Positions 31,377 to 41,203 are shown, counted from the stretch's first letter. The stretch is 64,000 bases of DNA from Verrucomicrobiaceae bacterium (GCA_051252135.1 JBPOGH010000001.1:64001-128000), one strand, 5' to 3'. The notes: generated from the letters alone by a model not told the origin. Numbers and translations: made by a program.

Positions 31377-32335
31377 TTGAGCCAGTGGACGACCTTCCCA
31401 GATACCCCCTTATTCTGAACCCAAGAGCGAAGAGTGAGAAGGGTCGTCGTGCGCTGCAATTCCTGATGGCCAATGCCACCCGCTTTGTCATTTACGCCAC
31501 ACGGAGTCGGGAGGAGGCGATCGAGCTGGCCGCGAGGTTTGCGCGTGAAGGCGAAAAAGTGGTCGTCGCGGCCGGGGGTGACGGGACCTTGAACGCGGTG
31601 ATTGAAGGTTTGGCGGGAACAGAGACGACCTTGGGGGTTTTTCCGACGGGAACGATGAATGTTTTTGCGAGAGAGATGGGGATTCCTTTTGATCGCTTGG
31701 TGAATGCGCTGGGAGTGATCGATGCGGGGCATCGTAAGGTTGTGGATTTGTTCACAATGAATGGTGCGTCCTTTGTGCAAATGGCGGGGGTTGGGTTTGA
31801 TGCGCAGGTGATTGAAGAGACGACCTGGGAGAGCAAAAAGCGCCTGGGGCCGTTGGCTTATCTTCTATCGGCGGTACGGGTGTTGGGTGCGACGCCGCCG
31901 GTGGTGAAGGTGGAGTGTGCCGACGGCCGGAAATTTGAAGGAGTTTGTCTGTTGGTAGGCAATGGCTCGCTTTACGGAGGGCACTTTCCGCTTTTTCGGG
32001 ATGCGAATAATGCCGATCAGCTTCTCGATGTGGTGCTTTTCAAGGAGGCGGGTTACCAGTTTGTATGGGATTCCTTGCGTGGGATTGCCAAGGGTGGGAT
32101 TGATCCGATCTCACCGGGAGCATCGGTAGAGTATATTCAGGCGGCGGGATTGAAGGTGAGCTGTGATTGCGAGGTGCCGGTGGAGCTGGACGGGGAGTTG
32201 TGGGGGAGGAGCCGGGAGATTGAATTTCGGTCGAGCGGGAAGACTTTGTCCGTGCTCGCACCCGAAACTCTTCGGACAAATCGCTGGCTGGAGCTCCTGA
32301 AAGTCCTCAATCCATTTTACCGTAATCCAGTCTAA
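31373..32335 (+). CDS. Diacylglycerol/lipid kinase (YegS/DgkB family)
   Basis: ILNP, AAGGDGT, PTGTMNVFA, GVGFDA, GNGSLYGG, ELDGE. Confidence 0.9.
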   Translation: MIEPVDDLPRYPLILNPRAKSEKGRRALQFLMANATRFVIYATRSREEAIELAARFAREGEKVVVAAGGDGTLNAVIEGLAGTETTLGVFPTGTMNVFAREMGIPFDRLVNALGVIDAGHRKVVDLFTMNGASFVQMAGVGFDAQVIEETTWESKKRLGPLAYLLSAVRVLGATPPVVKVECADGRKFEGVCLLVGNGSLYGGHFPLFRDANNADQLLDVVLFKEAGYQFVWDSLRGIAKGGIDPISPGASVEYIQAAGLKVSCDCEVPVELDGELWGRSREIEFRSSGKTLSVLAPETLRTNRWLELLKVLNPFYRNPV

Positions 32336-32365
32336 TCTCCCAAAGGGATTATCCGTTGGACATTC

Positions 32366-32992
32366 ATGAAGGTGACGACCCGCTTGGTCCGGCTCCACAA
32401 CGCCAGTTGCTGTGGAAGGGCTCTGGTCGCTTTGGTGGGTGGGGTGGCAATCTATGGGGTGTGGGTTTTATTCATCTGGTCGATTTTCTCGTTGCCGGGT
32501 TACTCCACCGGTTTTCAAGAGGTGGGCACCGGAGGGATGATTTTGAGTTTGTTGTCGCCTGCGGTATTTTTCGCGGGAGGGATTATTTATCTTAAGAGAA
32601 CCCGTCCCCATGATTGGCGGAAGCAACTTCCGGATTTTCAAGTCGATCCGGGTTCCCGGATTGCCCATCCGGGTGGGGCGGGGTGGAGTTCGCATGCGGA
32701 TGGGACGCTAAAATTGGTGATTTTATCCGGGTCGATGCTGCTGAGGAGGATTTGGCTGGAATTGGGAGCTTGGGTGCCGGAAAGGAAGGAGAATATCGAT
32801 CAACTGGAGCGAGTCAGGCTTAATTTGGCCGCCCGGGCAACCTGGGAGCGCCTGGCCGATTTTGAGGATCATTTGACTGAAATTCGTGAATTGGTGGGGC
32901 TTGGATTGGTGGCGTTACGTGAGAATGCAGGGTGTTGGTATTTGCGAATTGCCTTGAAAGGAGAGAACCGGGAGGCAAATCGTCCCTTTTAA
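32366..32992 (+). CDS. Hypothetical membrane protein
   Basis: Two N-terminal TM segments; fills the gap in a co-oriented run. Confidence 0.55.
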   Translation: MKVTTRLVRLHNASCCGRALVALVGGVAIYGVWVLFIWSIFSLPGYSTGFQEVGTGGMILSLLSPAVFFAGGIIYLKRTRPHDWRKQLPDFQVDPGSRIAHPGGAGWSSHADGTLKLVILSGSMLLRRIWLELGAWVPERKENIDQLERVRLNLAARATWERLADFEDHLTEIRELVGLGLVALRENAGCWYLRIALKGENREANRPF

Positions 32993-33036
32993 AGTCGTCA
33001 GTCCCAATCAGTTCAGCTAATTTTCAGCATCGCTTG

Positions 33037-33699
33037 ATGAATTTTTTTCGAAGGATCACGTCCAACTTGTTGATGGCGCCCGTTGGGGTGTCCACCGACG
33101 CAGGAGCATCGGAGGGGGAACCTTCCGATCATGATCTGATCAAGGCCTGCCAATCGGGGGATACCCGCGCGTTTGAGTCACTTGTGACCCGTCATCGTGG
33201 AAAGGTATACGCCATGGTTCAGAACATGATTAAAAACGAAGCAGACGCCTGGGACCTCTCGCAAGAGGTCTTTCTCAAGGTGTGGAAAGCTCTGCCGAAG
33301 TTTGAGGCCCGGGCCAAGTTCTCGACCTGGTTGTACCGAATTACCCACAATGTGGTGTATGACTGGCTGCGGAAACGAAAAATCGATTCGGCGGGGGAGC
33401 TTGATGATTCAATTTTGTCAGAGAGTGCGGTGGCAGTGGGTTCCACAACGACACCCGATCAAGCGGCGCGACCTGATGAGGCGCTTGCCAATTCCGAACT
33501 TGGAGCCCGAATCAATGGTGCTCTGGAAACACTTTCTCCCGAACATCGGGAAACCATCCTGCTCCGCGAGGTGCAGGGATTTGATTACAAGGAAATTGCG
33601 AAGGCCATGGGGTGTTCCTTGGGGACGGTGATGAGCCGTCTCTATTACGCCCGAAAGAAACTCCAAACCCTGTTGACTGATGAAAAAGGAAATTATTGA
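33037..33699 (+). CDS. ECF sigma-70 factor
   Basis: GDTRAFESLV, DLSQEVFLKVW, FSTWLYRI, region 4 YKEIA..GTVMSRLYYAR; start ATG 33037 or 33073. Confidence 0.92.
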   Translation: MNFFRRITSNLLMAPVGVSTDAGASEGEPSDHDLIKACQSGDTRAFESLVTRHRGKVYAMVQNMIKNEADAWDLSQEVFLKVWKALPKFEARAKFSTWLYRITHNVVYDWLRKRKIDSAGELDDSILSESAVAVGSTTTPDQAARPDEALANSELGARINGALETLSPEHRETILLREVQGFDYKEIAKAMGCSLGTVMSRLYYARKKLQTLLTDEKGNY

Positions 33700-34261
33700 A
33701 GAACTTCTCGTGAAAAGTGTCGATGGCACTTTGGCCAAGGATGAGAGTGAGCAATTGAAAATCTTGCTCGCCGCGAAGCCTGAATTGCAGGGAGAAGTCG
33801 AGACGATGAGGAACCTGAAACAAACAATGCAGGATTCTCTGCCGGTTTCGGTGGAGCCACCTTACCCCGATTTTTTCAATTCCAGATTGATGCGAAAGAT
33901 CGAATTGGAAGTGGCCTCCAACCAACCCAAAGAGAAGGCCAAAAATTGGTGGGCCAGCATTCAATGGGCATGGTTGCCAGCAGGTGCGTTGTCGCTGGTT
34001 TTGGCATTTCTGGCCGGTCAGCGGTTGAGCTCTCCGGTGCAGGACGGTCAAATGGTCTCCCAACGAACAACCAACGATCTGCCTTCGGTTTATTTTGCGG
34101 AAGAGTCGTTGAATGCCGAAGTGATTTCGGACTCGGATGGTCATGTGTCGGCGATTGTGGTCAGTGGGCTGAATGCGATTAACGATAATGCGGCCTTTGC
34201 CGATTCCACTGCTGCGTTGCCTGTGAGTTACAGACGTTTTGAAGCTGATCAATTTCACTAA
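33680..34261 (+). CDS. Putative anti-sigma factor (single TM)
   Basis: Overlaps the sigma gene; VDGTL..E N-terminal anti-sigma-like helix, central TM. Confidence 0.7.
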   Translation: MKKEIIEELLVKSVDGTLAKDESEQLKILLAAKPELQGEVETMRNLKQTMQDSLPVSVEPPYPDFFNSRLMRKIELEVASNQPKEKAKNWWASIQWAWLPAGALSLVLAFLAGQRLSSPVQDGQMVSQRTTNDLPSVYFAEESLNAEVISDSDGHVSAIVVSGLNAINDNAAFADSTAALPVSYRRFEADQFH

Positions 34262-34264
34262 AAT

Positions 34265-34750
34265 ATGAAAACAATCGCCATTCTGCTGCTATTCCTGTTT
34301 CCAGGTCTGAGCCTCGCCGAAGATCCCGGAAAAGAGATCATTGGCTCGATTAGTGTGGAGATGCTCTACGCCACCAACGGGGATCCTGAACGGGTGGGTC
34401 CCCAGGGGAAGGCGGTCAGCAAGAAAGATGTGGCTTCGATCAAATCAATCAAGGAGTTGGGATTTGAGCATTATCGGTCTTTGGGGACGGAAATCCCCCA
34501 AATTCTCCGGGGATATGAAAGCTGGGCAACCCCACTTCGGCCATCCAAGGAGGTGTTGGTGAGTTTCGAGCCACTCAACCGTGACGGTAAGGACCAGATT
34601 CAAATGGTGATGGAATATTGGCAGTCCAAGCGTAAGCTTTTCACGACCAACCCGGTTTTGGTGAAAAACAAACCTCTTTACCTGCTTGGACCCGAGTGGC
34701 GGGGGGGACGATTGATCCTTAAGGTAACGCTCCTGGAACTGACTGATTGA
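34265..34750 (+). CDS. Secreted hypothetical protein
   Basis: Signal peptide MKTIAILLL..SLA; 3 bp from the previous gene. Confidence 0.7.
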   Translation: MKTIAILLLFLFPGLSLAEDPGKEIIGSISVEMLYATNGDPERVGPQGKAVSKKDVASIKSIKELGFEHYRSLGTEIPQILRGYESWATPLRPSKEVLVSFEPLNRDGKDQIQMVMEYWQSKRKLFTTNPVLVKNKPLYLLGPEWRGGRLILKVTLLELTD

Positions 34751-35421
34751 TGAAGCATTTGATTCTATTTTTGACGGCCTGCGGATTATTGCGGGCTGAA
34801 ATGGTCTTCGAGACCCAACTTGTCTCTGTGGAAGCGGAGCCGGACGCCTTGCAGGTCAAGGTCGAGTTTCCTTTCGAGATTAAGGGGGAGCCGGTGACGA
34901 TCGTGGAATACGATGCGTATTGTTCCTGCCTGAGCGCCAAAATTTTTCCGTTGAATCCCGACCGCTCAACGAAGCTTCACTGGGATGTTGGAGAGAAAGG
35001 AAAAGTGGTGGGTTATTTTAAGCTGGGAAGTTTTAAAGGGACGGTGGAGAAGCCGATTGCGTTAAAATTGCGTGGGGTTGACGAATTGGTTCATCTGATG
35101 GTGAAGGTGCATATTCCGGTTCTTGTTGCGATCGAACCATCCACCCATACGTGGGAAGTTGGCGGGGCATTGGAAGAGAAGGTTTTTTCGATCAAAGTTC
35201 AGAATGACGAGCCCATTCATCTCACTGGGCACTCGGGAACGAACGAGGGTTTTCCCTACGAGGTGAAAACGATCAAAGAGGGCCGGGAGTATGAGTTGAG
35301 AGTGAAGCCGGGAAGCACGGAGACTCCGGGAATGGGAATCATTCGTCTGCAGACGGATTGTCCGATTCCCCGTCATTCCAAGCATCAGATATTTGTGGTA
35401 GTGAAAGCTCCCCGGAAATGA
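34747..35421 (+). CDS. Secreted DUF1573-like Ig-fold protein
   Basis: Signal peptide, FPF..PVTI..CSC motif, beta-rich sequence. Confidence 0.6.
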   Translation: MMKHLILFLTACGLLRAEMVFETQLVSVEAEPDALQVKVEFPFEIKGEPVTIVEYDAYCSCLSAKIFPLNPDRSTKLHWDVGEKGKVVGYFKLGSFKGTVEKPIALKLRGVDELVHLMVKVHIPVLVAIEPSTHTWEVGGALEEKVFSIKVQNDEPIHLTGHSGTNEGFPYEVKTIKEGREYELRVKPGSTETPGMGIIRLQTDCPIPRHSKHQIFVVVKAPRK

Positions 35422-35909
35422 AGAGGATGGTGATAGGGGCTCTTGGAGTGGGGGCGCTCTCCGTCATTGCGGCGGCGATTACCTGGAAAGTTGTGGGCCC
35501 GCCGGATCGGAGTATTCCGTGCACGGAAGAGTTGTTGAAGCCCGGGCAGGTGTGTCTCGAAACGGTGAATGAATGGGAGAAGGGTTCCTTTCTTTGGGTC
35601 GATGCCCGTCCCCGTCATCTCTGGGAGAGGAACGGAATGGAGGGAGCGATTCTGCTTACCGACGACAACGAAGAGAATTTTGATGAACTCGATGCCGGGT
35701 TTATGATGGCGGTGTTTGGTGACGGGACACCTTTTGAAAAGGTGGTCATCTATTGCAACGAGGAGGGCTGTGGCTCAAGTGAGGCGATTGCGACGCATCT
35801 GCGCAATTCCCATGCGCAATCGCTGGGATTCGAGGTCTATGTCCTCTATGGGGGCTGGAAGGCTCTGGCGGCTGCGGGTAGGACTAGAGGGTCCACTCAA
35901 GACCGTTGA
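35418..35909 (+). CDS. Membrane-anchored rhodanese-like protein
   Basis: LWVDAR, VIYCNEEGCGSS, VYVLYGGWKA. Confidence 0.82.
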   Translation: MKRMVIGALGVGALSVIAAAITWKVVGPPDRSIPCTEELLKPGQVCLETVNEWEKGSFLWVDARPRHLWERNGMEGAILLTDDNEENFDELDAGFMMAVFGDGTPFEKVVIYCNEEGCGSSEAIATHLRNSHAQSLGFEVYVLYGGWKALAAAGRTRGSTQDR

Positions 35910-37463
35910 GGAGGGCGATTTCCAGGAATGGCTGTTTGGGATCCTCGGTGAAGTTCCATTCGAGGGTCAGGGTAACGGGGCCGTTGAACTTAGGAGGGAG
36001 ATGGGTGCGGATTCTTTGGAAGATCTCGGAGTCCGATCTGACAAAGGCTTTTCCCAGCGGGGTGCTGGATTTGGCGACATTCGGGAGAAAGGTAACGGTC
36101 GCCTTATTTCCGTCATTGGGGATGTTGTCCTCGAAGCAATAAGCGGTTGCTTCGATGATGGTACGGACGGTCTTTGGTCCTTTGAATGGTTTTTCTGCCA
36201 ATTGGCCGGGGACGTTGTCGTAAATATCGAGAAAGGGATCGGTTTGCACTCTGGGGGCTTCTTCGTCGCTGAATGAGATCAGCCGGACGAAGATGATGCG
36301 GTTACGTTCGTCATCATTCTCGCCCCGGAAAACGACCGAATGATAGGATTCCCGGGTTCTGGCCTTGGCTGGTTGCCAGATTTTTTCCGGCCTAATGAAG
36401 AGGATTTTGGGCAGCGGCTTGGAGAGGGAGCCGTTCGCGAGTTCTTCCTGTGATCGCTCCGACTTGGTCATGTAAGGGAGGCGCTCTTCCAGCGTTTTGG
36501 CTGACAGGAATCTTTTGAGTACTTCACCCGCCTCAATGATGAACGCAGCGTTTTTCTGCTCCTGCTCTTTTTCGCTCAGAGAATTATCCTCTGTGTCGGG
36601 AGTTTTTTTTTAACCGAAGCGAGGTCGGGAAGATCGGTTGAGACTTCACCGGGTCGGGTTGTATCACGCGGGTCGTGCTCGATGGGTTTATCGGCCTCCG
36701 TGTTATCAGGCACCGGTATTGGTGGAGGGGTGACCGGTGGTGGAAGTGTGGCTTCCGGTTGAGGCTCAACAGTCTGAGGAGACGGAGACGGAGGGTCTGT
36801 TACCGGTGGGACGGGAGAAGGAGGGGTGGTATCTCCGACAATGGACTGGTTGACGGTCAATTCCGGTTCGGCCGGGGGTTCCTCTTTGGGCTTTAGAATC
36901 CCCATCAAATCAAGAATGAGCCAAATTGCGGCACCGGATAGGGCGAGGAAAAGGAGGGGAAATACAATGGCCGGCCAAATTCGCCGTTTTTGTCGCGGTG
37001 TGATCGGGGAGGCTTCCCGGGCGCCGCCTGATTGTTGTATCTCGGATGCTTGGGGAGCCGGACTTCCGTAGCCTCCGGAGAGGGCCCGTGGGTTTGCTTC
37101 GGTGGCGGCAACCTGCTGATGTGGGCGCTCACCCGGTGCGCGAGACGGGGGAAGGGCGTTGCCTGATTGGGCTGGTTGTTGCTGGGAAGATTGAGGGAAT
37201 CCGGCCCCTTGAGGCGTTGGGTTTCCCTGAGGCGTTGGGTTTCCTTGAGGAGGAGCCGAGGAGATGGGGGCAAGACCGGGCAAGGGGGGCTGGACCGGAG
37301 GAGCCATGGGCATGGCCGCGGAAACTTGGGTAGGGGCAGGGTGTGGAGCGACGATGGTCTGCTGGCAGGTGGGGCATGGCCCGCTGACGCCTGCCATTTC
37401 CGCAGGAACACGAAGTGCCGTCTGACACGTTGGACAGGAAAATTCTATGGGGTTTTGAGACAT
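35884..37463 (-). pseudogene. Zinc-ribbon/Pro-rich/TM hypothetical protein split by a -1 frameshift at A9 (ORFs 36576-37463 and 35884-36609)
   Basis: The downstream frame is open from the A9 run (36611-36603) to 35884; one extra A would fuse both into about 526 aa. Confidence 0.65.
37210..37250. repeat. 18-bp tandem repeat (about 2.3 copies) encoding PQGNPT
   Basis: TGAGGCGTTGGGTTTCCC TGAGGCGTTGGGTTTCCT TGAGG. Confidence 0.85.
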
Positions 37464-37592
37464 GTTGGTCTTCGGAGGGTTTTGGTCAGAGTAGGGGTGA
37501 ACTCTTTCCTAGTCAATGAAGATGGGTGAACAGTCTACTTTTCCTTAATATTTTCGGGGGTTGGGTTGATGGGCGACGATTGGCGCACTTTT

Positions 37593-38702
37593 TTAGTGTT
37601 CCAATGGGTTGTCGCCGGAAGCAACGGCAAGAGCCTTATCTTCTTCCGGGAGGAAGGCTTTGAAGCGAGTTTTGTCGATGGCCTTCATGTAAGCTTCCTG
37701 TGGGGAAATCATGCCACTTTGGAGTTTCTCCCAAATGGCTTCGTCCATGAACTGCATTCCTTGTGCTTTACCGCCAATGATGACGTCAAAGAGTTTCTGG
37801 GTGGCACCTTCCCGGATAATTGCCGCGACAGCGGGGGTGGCGAACATGATTTCGTTCACGGCAGTTCGACCGGGTTTGTCGGAGCGTTTGCAGAGAAGTT
37901 GGGCCACCACGCCTTTTAGAGAGGCCGCGAGCATGGTGCGAACCTGTGATTGCTGGTCGGCCGGGAAGACGTCAATGATCCGGTCGACGGTCTTACGGGC
38001 ATTGTTGGTGTGCAGGGTTCCGAAGACGAGGAGGCCGGTTTCCGCCGCGGTCAGGGCGAGGGAGATGGTCTCGAGGTCCCGCATTTCTCCAACGAGAACG
38101 ATGTCGGCATCTTCACGGAGACAGGCGCGCAGTCCATCCGAGAAGGTGGGAGTCTGGATGGGGACCTCACGCTGGGTGATGATGGACTTCTTGCTGGTGT
38201 GAACGAATTCGATCGGTTCCTCAATGGTGATGATGTGCCGGTTAAAGTTCCGGTTGATGTAATCGAGCAGGGCAGCAAGAGAGGTTGATTTTCCGGACCC
38301 GGTGGGTCCGGTGACAAGGACAAGTCCGGAGCGCATGTGTCCGAACTCCTTGATGACAGGAGGAAGGTTGAGGTCTTCGATGCTGGCGATTTCGGTAGGA
38401 ATGAGGCGGAAGACGGCCCCGAGGCCAAGTTGCTGCTGGAGGTAGTTACAGCGGAAACGGGAGTCTTCGTCCATTTCGTAGGCGAAGTCGAGGTCACCTT
38501 CTTTCAGGTACCGTTCGAAGGCGTCCGGTTCACAGATTTCGGCGAGGAGGTTCTTGAAGGATTCGCCCTCGAGAACCGGTTCATCGGGAATTTGGGAGAC
38601 CGCGCCATGGACACGGATTTTGGGAGGCGATCCTTCGGAGAGGTGAAGGTCCGAGCCACCGGAGGAGACGAGATATTGGAAAAGACGATCGATTTCAGCC
38701 AT
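37593..38702 (-). CDS. pilT: Type IV pilus retraction ATPase
   Basis: SDLHL, GPTGSGKST, TIEEPIE, LREDAD, GEMRD, AETG, TLHT. Confidence 0.92.
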   Translation of the reverse strand: MAEIDRLFQYLVSSGGSDLHLSEGSPPKIRVHGAVSQIPDEPVLEGESFKNLLAEICEPDAFERYLKEGDLDFAYEMDEDSRFRCNYLQQQLGLGAVFRLIPTEIASIEDLNLPPVIKEFGHMRSGLVLVTGPTGSGKSTSLAALLDYINRNFNRHIITIEEPIEFVHTSKKSIITQREVPIQTPTFSDGLRACLREDADIVLVGEMRDLETISLALTAAETGLLVFGTLHTNNARKTVDRIIDVFPADQQSQVRTMLAASLKGVVAQLLCKRSDKPGRTAVNEIMFATPAVAAIIREGATQKLFDVIIGGKAQGMQFMDEAIWEKLQSGMISPQEAYMKAIDKTRFKAFLPEEDKALAVASGDNPLEH

Positions 38703-38740
38703 GTCGGAAGGATGTTGAAGGTGTGTGCGGGTGCGATTAA

Positions 38741-39823
38741 TTAGGACTGAAAGAAGGACTTCATTTGTGCCTTGTCTTCGCAGCGGTAGAGGGTCTCCTC
38801 TTGGGTGATTTGACCTTTAACGTAGAGATTACGCAGGGATTCATCCATGGTAATCATGCCGACATTTTTACCGGTCTGCATGATTCCGGGAAGCATGAAG
38901 GTTTTACCATCCCGAATGGTGGCGGCGACTGCCGGGGTGTTGACGAGGAGTTCAAGGGCGAGAACCCGCCCGGTGCCATCCGCCTTGGGGACGAGTTGCT
39001 GGGAGATGATGCCCCGAAGAGATTCGGAGACCATGATCCGGATTTGCGAGCGTTGGTCGACGGGGAATACGTCGAGGACCCGGTCGAGGGTGCGGGGTGC
39101 GTTGCCGGTGTGCAGGGTGGCGAGGACGAGGTGACCGGTCTCAGCAGCGGTGAGTGCGAGGGAGATTGTTTCCAAGTCTCGCATTTCTCCGACCATGATG
39201 ACATCGGGGTCTTCCCGAAGAGCACCCCGGAGGGCCTTTGGAAAGGACTGGGTGTGGGTGTGAACTTCGCGTTGGTTCACGTGGCAGCCTTTGGACGGGA
39301 AGACGTACTCAATGGGGTCCTCAAGAGTCAAGATGTGGTCCTCACGGTCTTTGTTGATGAAGTCCACCAGGGACGCGAGGGTCGTGGATTTACCGGAGCC
39401 CACGGAGCCGGTGACCAGGAGGAGCCCGTTCTGGTAGCGGGTGAGGGGAACCAAGCTATCGATGGGAAGTTGGAGTTCTTCCATGGTGCGAATGCTGGTC
39501 GAGATGATCCGAAAGACGATTTCATAACCAAGACGCTGCTTGATGACAGAGGCCCGGAAACGACCGGTTTCGTTGGCGTAGGCGAAATCGATGTCCCCAA
39601 CCTTTTGCAGGTGTTCCCAGCGAGAGTCATCCAGAAAGGATCTGGCCAGTCTCTCCGTATCTTCAGCGGTGAGGGGGGCGTGATCGTTCCAAATGGGGTC
39701 CAGAGACCCAAAACGGCGCCATGCGGGCGGGTAGCCTGCGGGAAGGTGGATATCCGAGCATTCGTATTCGATTCCAATTTGGAGGTATTCGTCGACGTGG
39801 GCTAGGACTGAGTGGCCGGACAT
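38741..39823 (-). CDS. pilT: Type IV pilus retraction ATPase, second paralog
   Basis: SDIHL, GSVGSGKST, LEDPIE, ALREDPD, AETGH, TLHT. Confidence 0.9.
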   Translation of the reverse strand: MSGHSVLAHVDEYLQIGIEYECSDIHLPAGYPPAWRRFGSLDPIWNDHAPLTAEDTERLARSFLDDSRWEHLQKVGDIDFAYANETGRFRASVIKQRLGYEIVFRIISTSIRTMEELQLPIDSLVPLTRYQNGLLLVTGSVGSGKSTTLASLVDFINKDREDHILTLEDPIEYVFPSKGCHVNQREVHTHTQSFPKALRGALREDPDVIMVGEMRDLETISLALTAAETGHLVLATLHTGNAPRTLDRVLDVFPVDQRSQIRIMVSESLRGIISQQLVPKADGTGRVLALELLVNTPAVAATIRDGKTFMLPGIMQTGKNVGMITMDESLRNLYVKGQITQEETLYRCEDKAQMKSFFQS

Positions 39824-39888
39824 AAAATTTGGGTGTTGCGATTAGGGCGATGGTTTCGCGTGCGGGATGAGGTGTTCTACTAGAAAAA

Positions 39889-40272
39889 TCACAGTTGCTT
39901 CGGTTCGCCAAGCTTGAAGTTTTGGCCTCGCTGATGAAGGTATTGGTTTGCCTCGAACTTCAGCCGTTCCAGGCCCCATTTTAGGAGCGCGGGCTTGGCT
40001 AAAGCGAATCCAAGGCCGAAGAGAAGGCCAATCGGCCCTCTGCGTTTGGTGGACGATTTTCCGGAACGGGAAAGGAGGAGTCCGAGGAGAGCCGCGGAAC
40101 CGAAAGAACCGGCGAACCAGGCTCCAGGGTGTTCCCTTACGGAGCGTTTCAGCTGGGTGGACAGGCTCAGCTCGCGGCCGAAGGAATCCCTGGCGGCGCT
40201 GACATCGTGGCGACGAGCTTCAAGCAAATGGCTGAGCTCTATTTTTCGCCGTTCTGACTCTGATTGATCCAT
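39889..40272 (-). CDS. Hypothetical membrane protein (YqjK-like position)
   Basis: MDQSES start overlapping the upstream gene; HPGAWFAG..TM. Confidence 0.6.
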   Translation of the reverse strand: MDQSESERRKIELSHLLEARRHDVSAARDSFGRELSLSTQLKRSVREHPGAWFAGSFGSAALLGLLLSRSGKSSTKRRGPIGLLFGLGFALAKPALLKWGLERLKFEANQYLHQRGQNFKLGEPKQL

Positions 40273-40682
40273 TGTTGATCCTTTTGCCACTCGGCACGGG
40301 TGAATTGAAATAGCTGACGGCCCTGTTCCCGGCGGAACTTGTTCCAAAAAATTAAGCCGATGATGAAGTGGAAGACGGCTGTGATCATAGCGGCGCCGAT
40401 CCATCCGGCCAGCACTCCCTGATAATTACTTGAGAGGAGGTGCCCCAAAAGGGCGACGACACTTCCCAGAAGAAGGAGATAAAAGATGCAGAGGAAGAAA
40501 GCCGCGAGAAGGAGTCTTACAAGTCTCTTTGCCAATATGCCCCCAGCCTCACGTCCTTCAATGGCGGCCAGTTCGGTACGTGCCTGCAAATAGGCGGCCG
40601 ATGTCCGTAGGAGGGACGAGAGTTCGTCCTTCAAACCGGGTGTGGAACCGTCGGATGAAGTTGGTGATTTGCGGAATGGCAT
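40239..40682 (-). CDS. YqjE / phage-holin superfamily III membrane protein
   Basis: ARTELAAIE, two TMs, FQFTRAEWQKD. Confidence 0.78.
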   Translation of the reverse strand: MPFRKSPTSSDGSTPGLKDELSSLLRTSAAYLQARTELAAIEGREAGGILAKRLVRLLLAAFFLCIFYLLLLGSVVALLGHLLSSNYQGVLAGWIGAAMITAVFHFIIGLIFWNKFRREQGRQLFQFTRAEWQKDQQWINQSQNGEK

Positions 40683-40699
40683 GAGGGTGACCGCGGGAA

Positions 40700-41131
40700 T
40701 TACCGGCGGATGATGAGGCCGGCGAGGAATCCGACGCCTGCGGCAATCAGAACTGCCTTGGTAGGGTTGGCGCGAACGGAATCTTCCATTGAGACATGAA
40801 GCTCACGGGCCTTGATCCGGGTGTCCTGCCACTGCTCGCTGGCGACTCCCTTGAACTGGATGGCGGCCTCCTCGGCAGTGTCCTTGAAGTGGTTGGCACG
40901 GTCGCCGGCGACTTCACGAATCTGGGTGGCCTTTTCTCCCGCGAAATCCCTAAGTTTGGTAGCCTTTTCAACGGCAGCTTCCTTAAGTTGGCGGGCCTTC
41001 TCCTCGGTGGGAGAAATGGTCTTTGTGGCACCGCCTCCTGCGGCGGCACGGAGATCGTTGGCCGCAGCCTTGGCGGCAGGGACTTCGGAAAAAGGAGTTG
41101 AGGGGTCGGTGTCTGCAAAAGCTTCGCTCAT
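40700..41131 (-). CDS. DUF883 (ElaB/YqjD) family protein
   Basis: Ala/Lys/Glu-rich helix and C-terminal VRANPTKAVLIAAGVGFLAGLIIRR. Confidence 0.85.
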   Translation of the reverse strand: MSEAFADTDPSTPFSEVPAAKAAANDLRAAAGGGATKTISPTEEKARQLKEAAVEKATKLRDFAGEKATQIREVAGDRANHFKDTAEEAAIQFKGVASEQWQDTRIKARELHVSMEDSVRANPTKAVLIAAGVGFLAGLIIRR

Positions 41132-41203
41132 AGTGGGATCAGTTTGAAGCCATGCCAGCGGGGTTGCAAGTCATTCGATTTAGTTGGAGGCGGATGTGGT
41201 GAA

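Noticed and set aside
40239..40682. Prophage signal from the holin-family gene
   Set aside because: It sits in a yqjD-yqjE-yqjK-like cellular operon; no phage genes nearby
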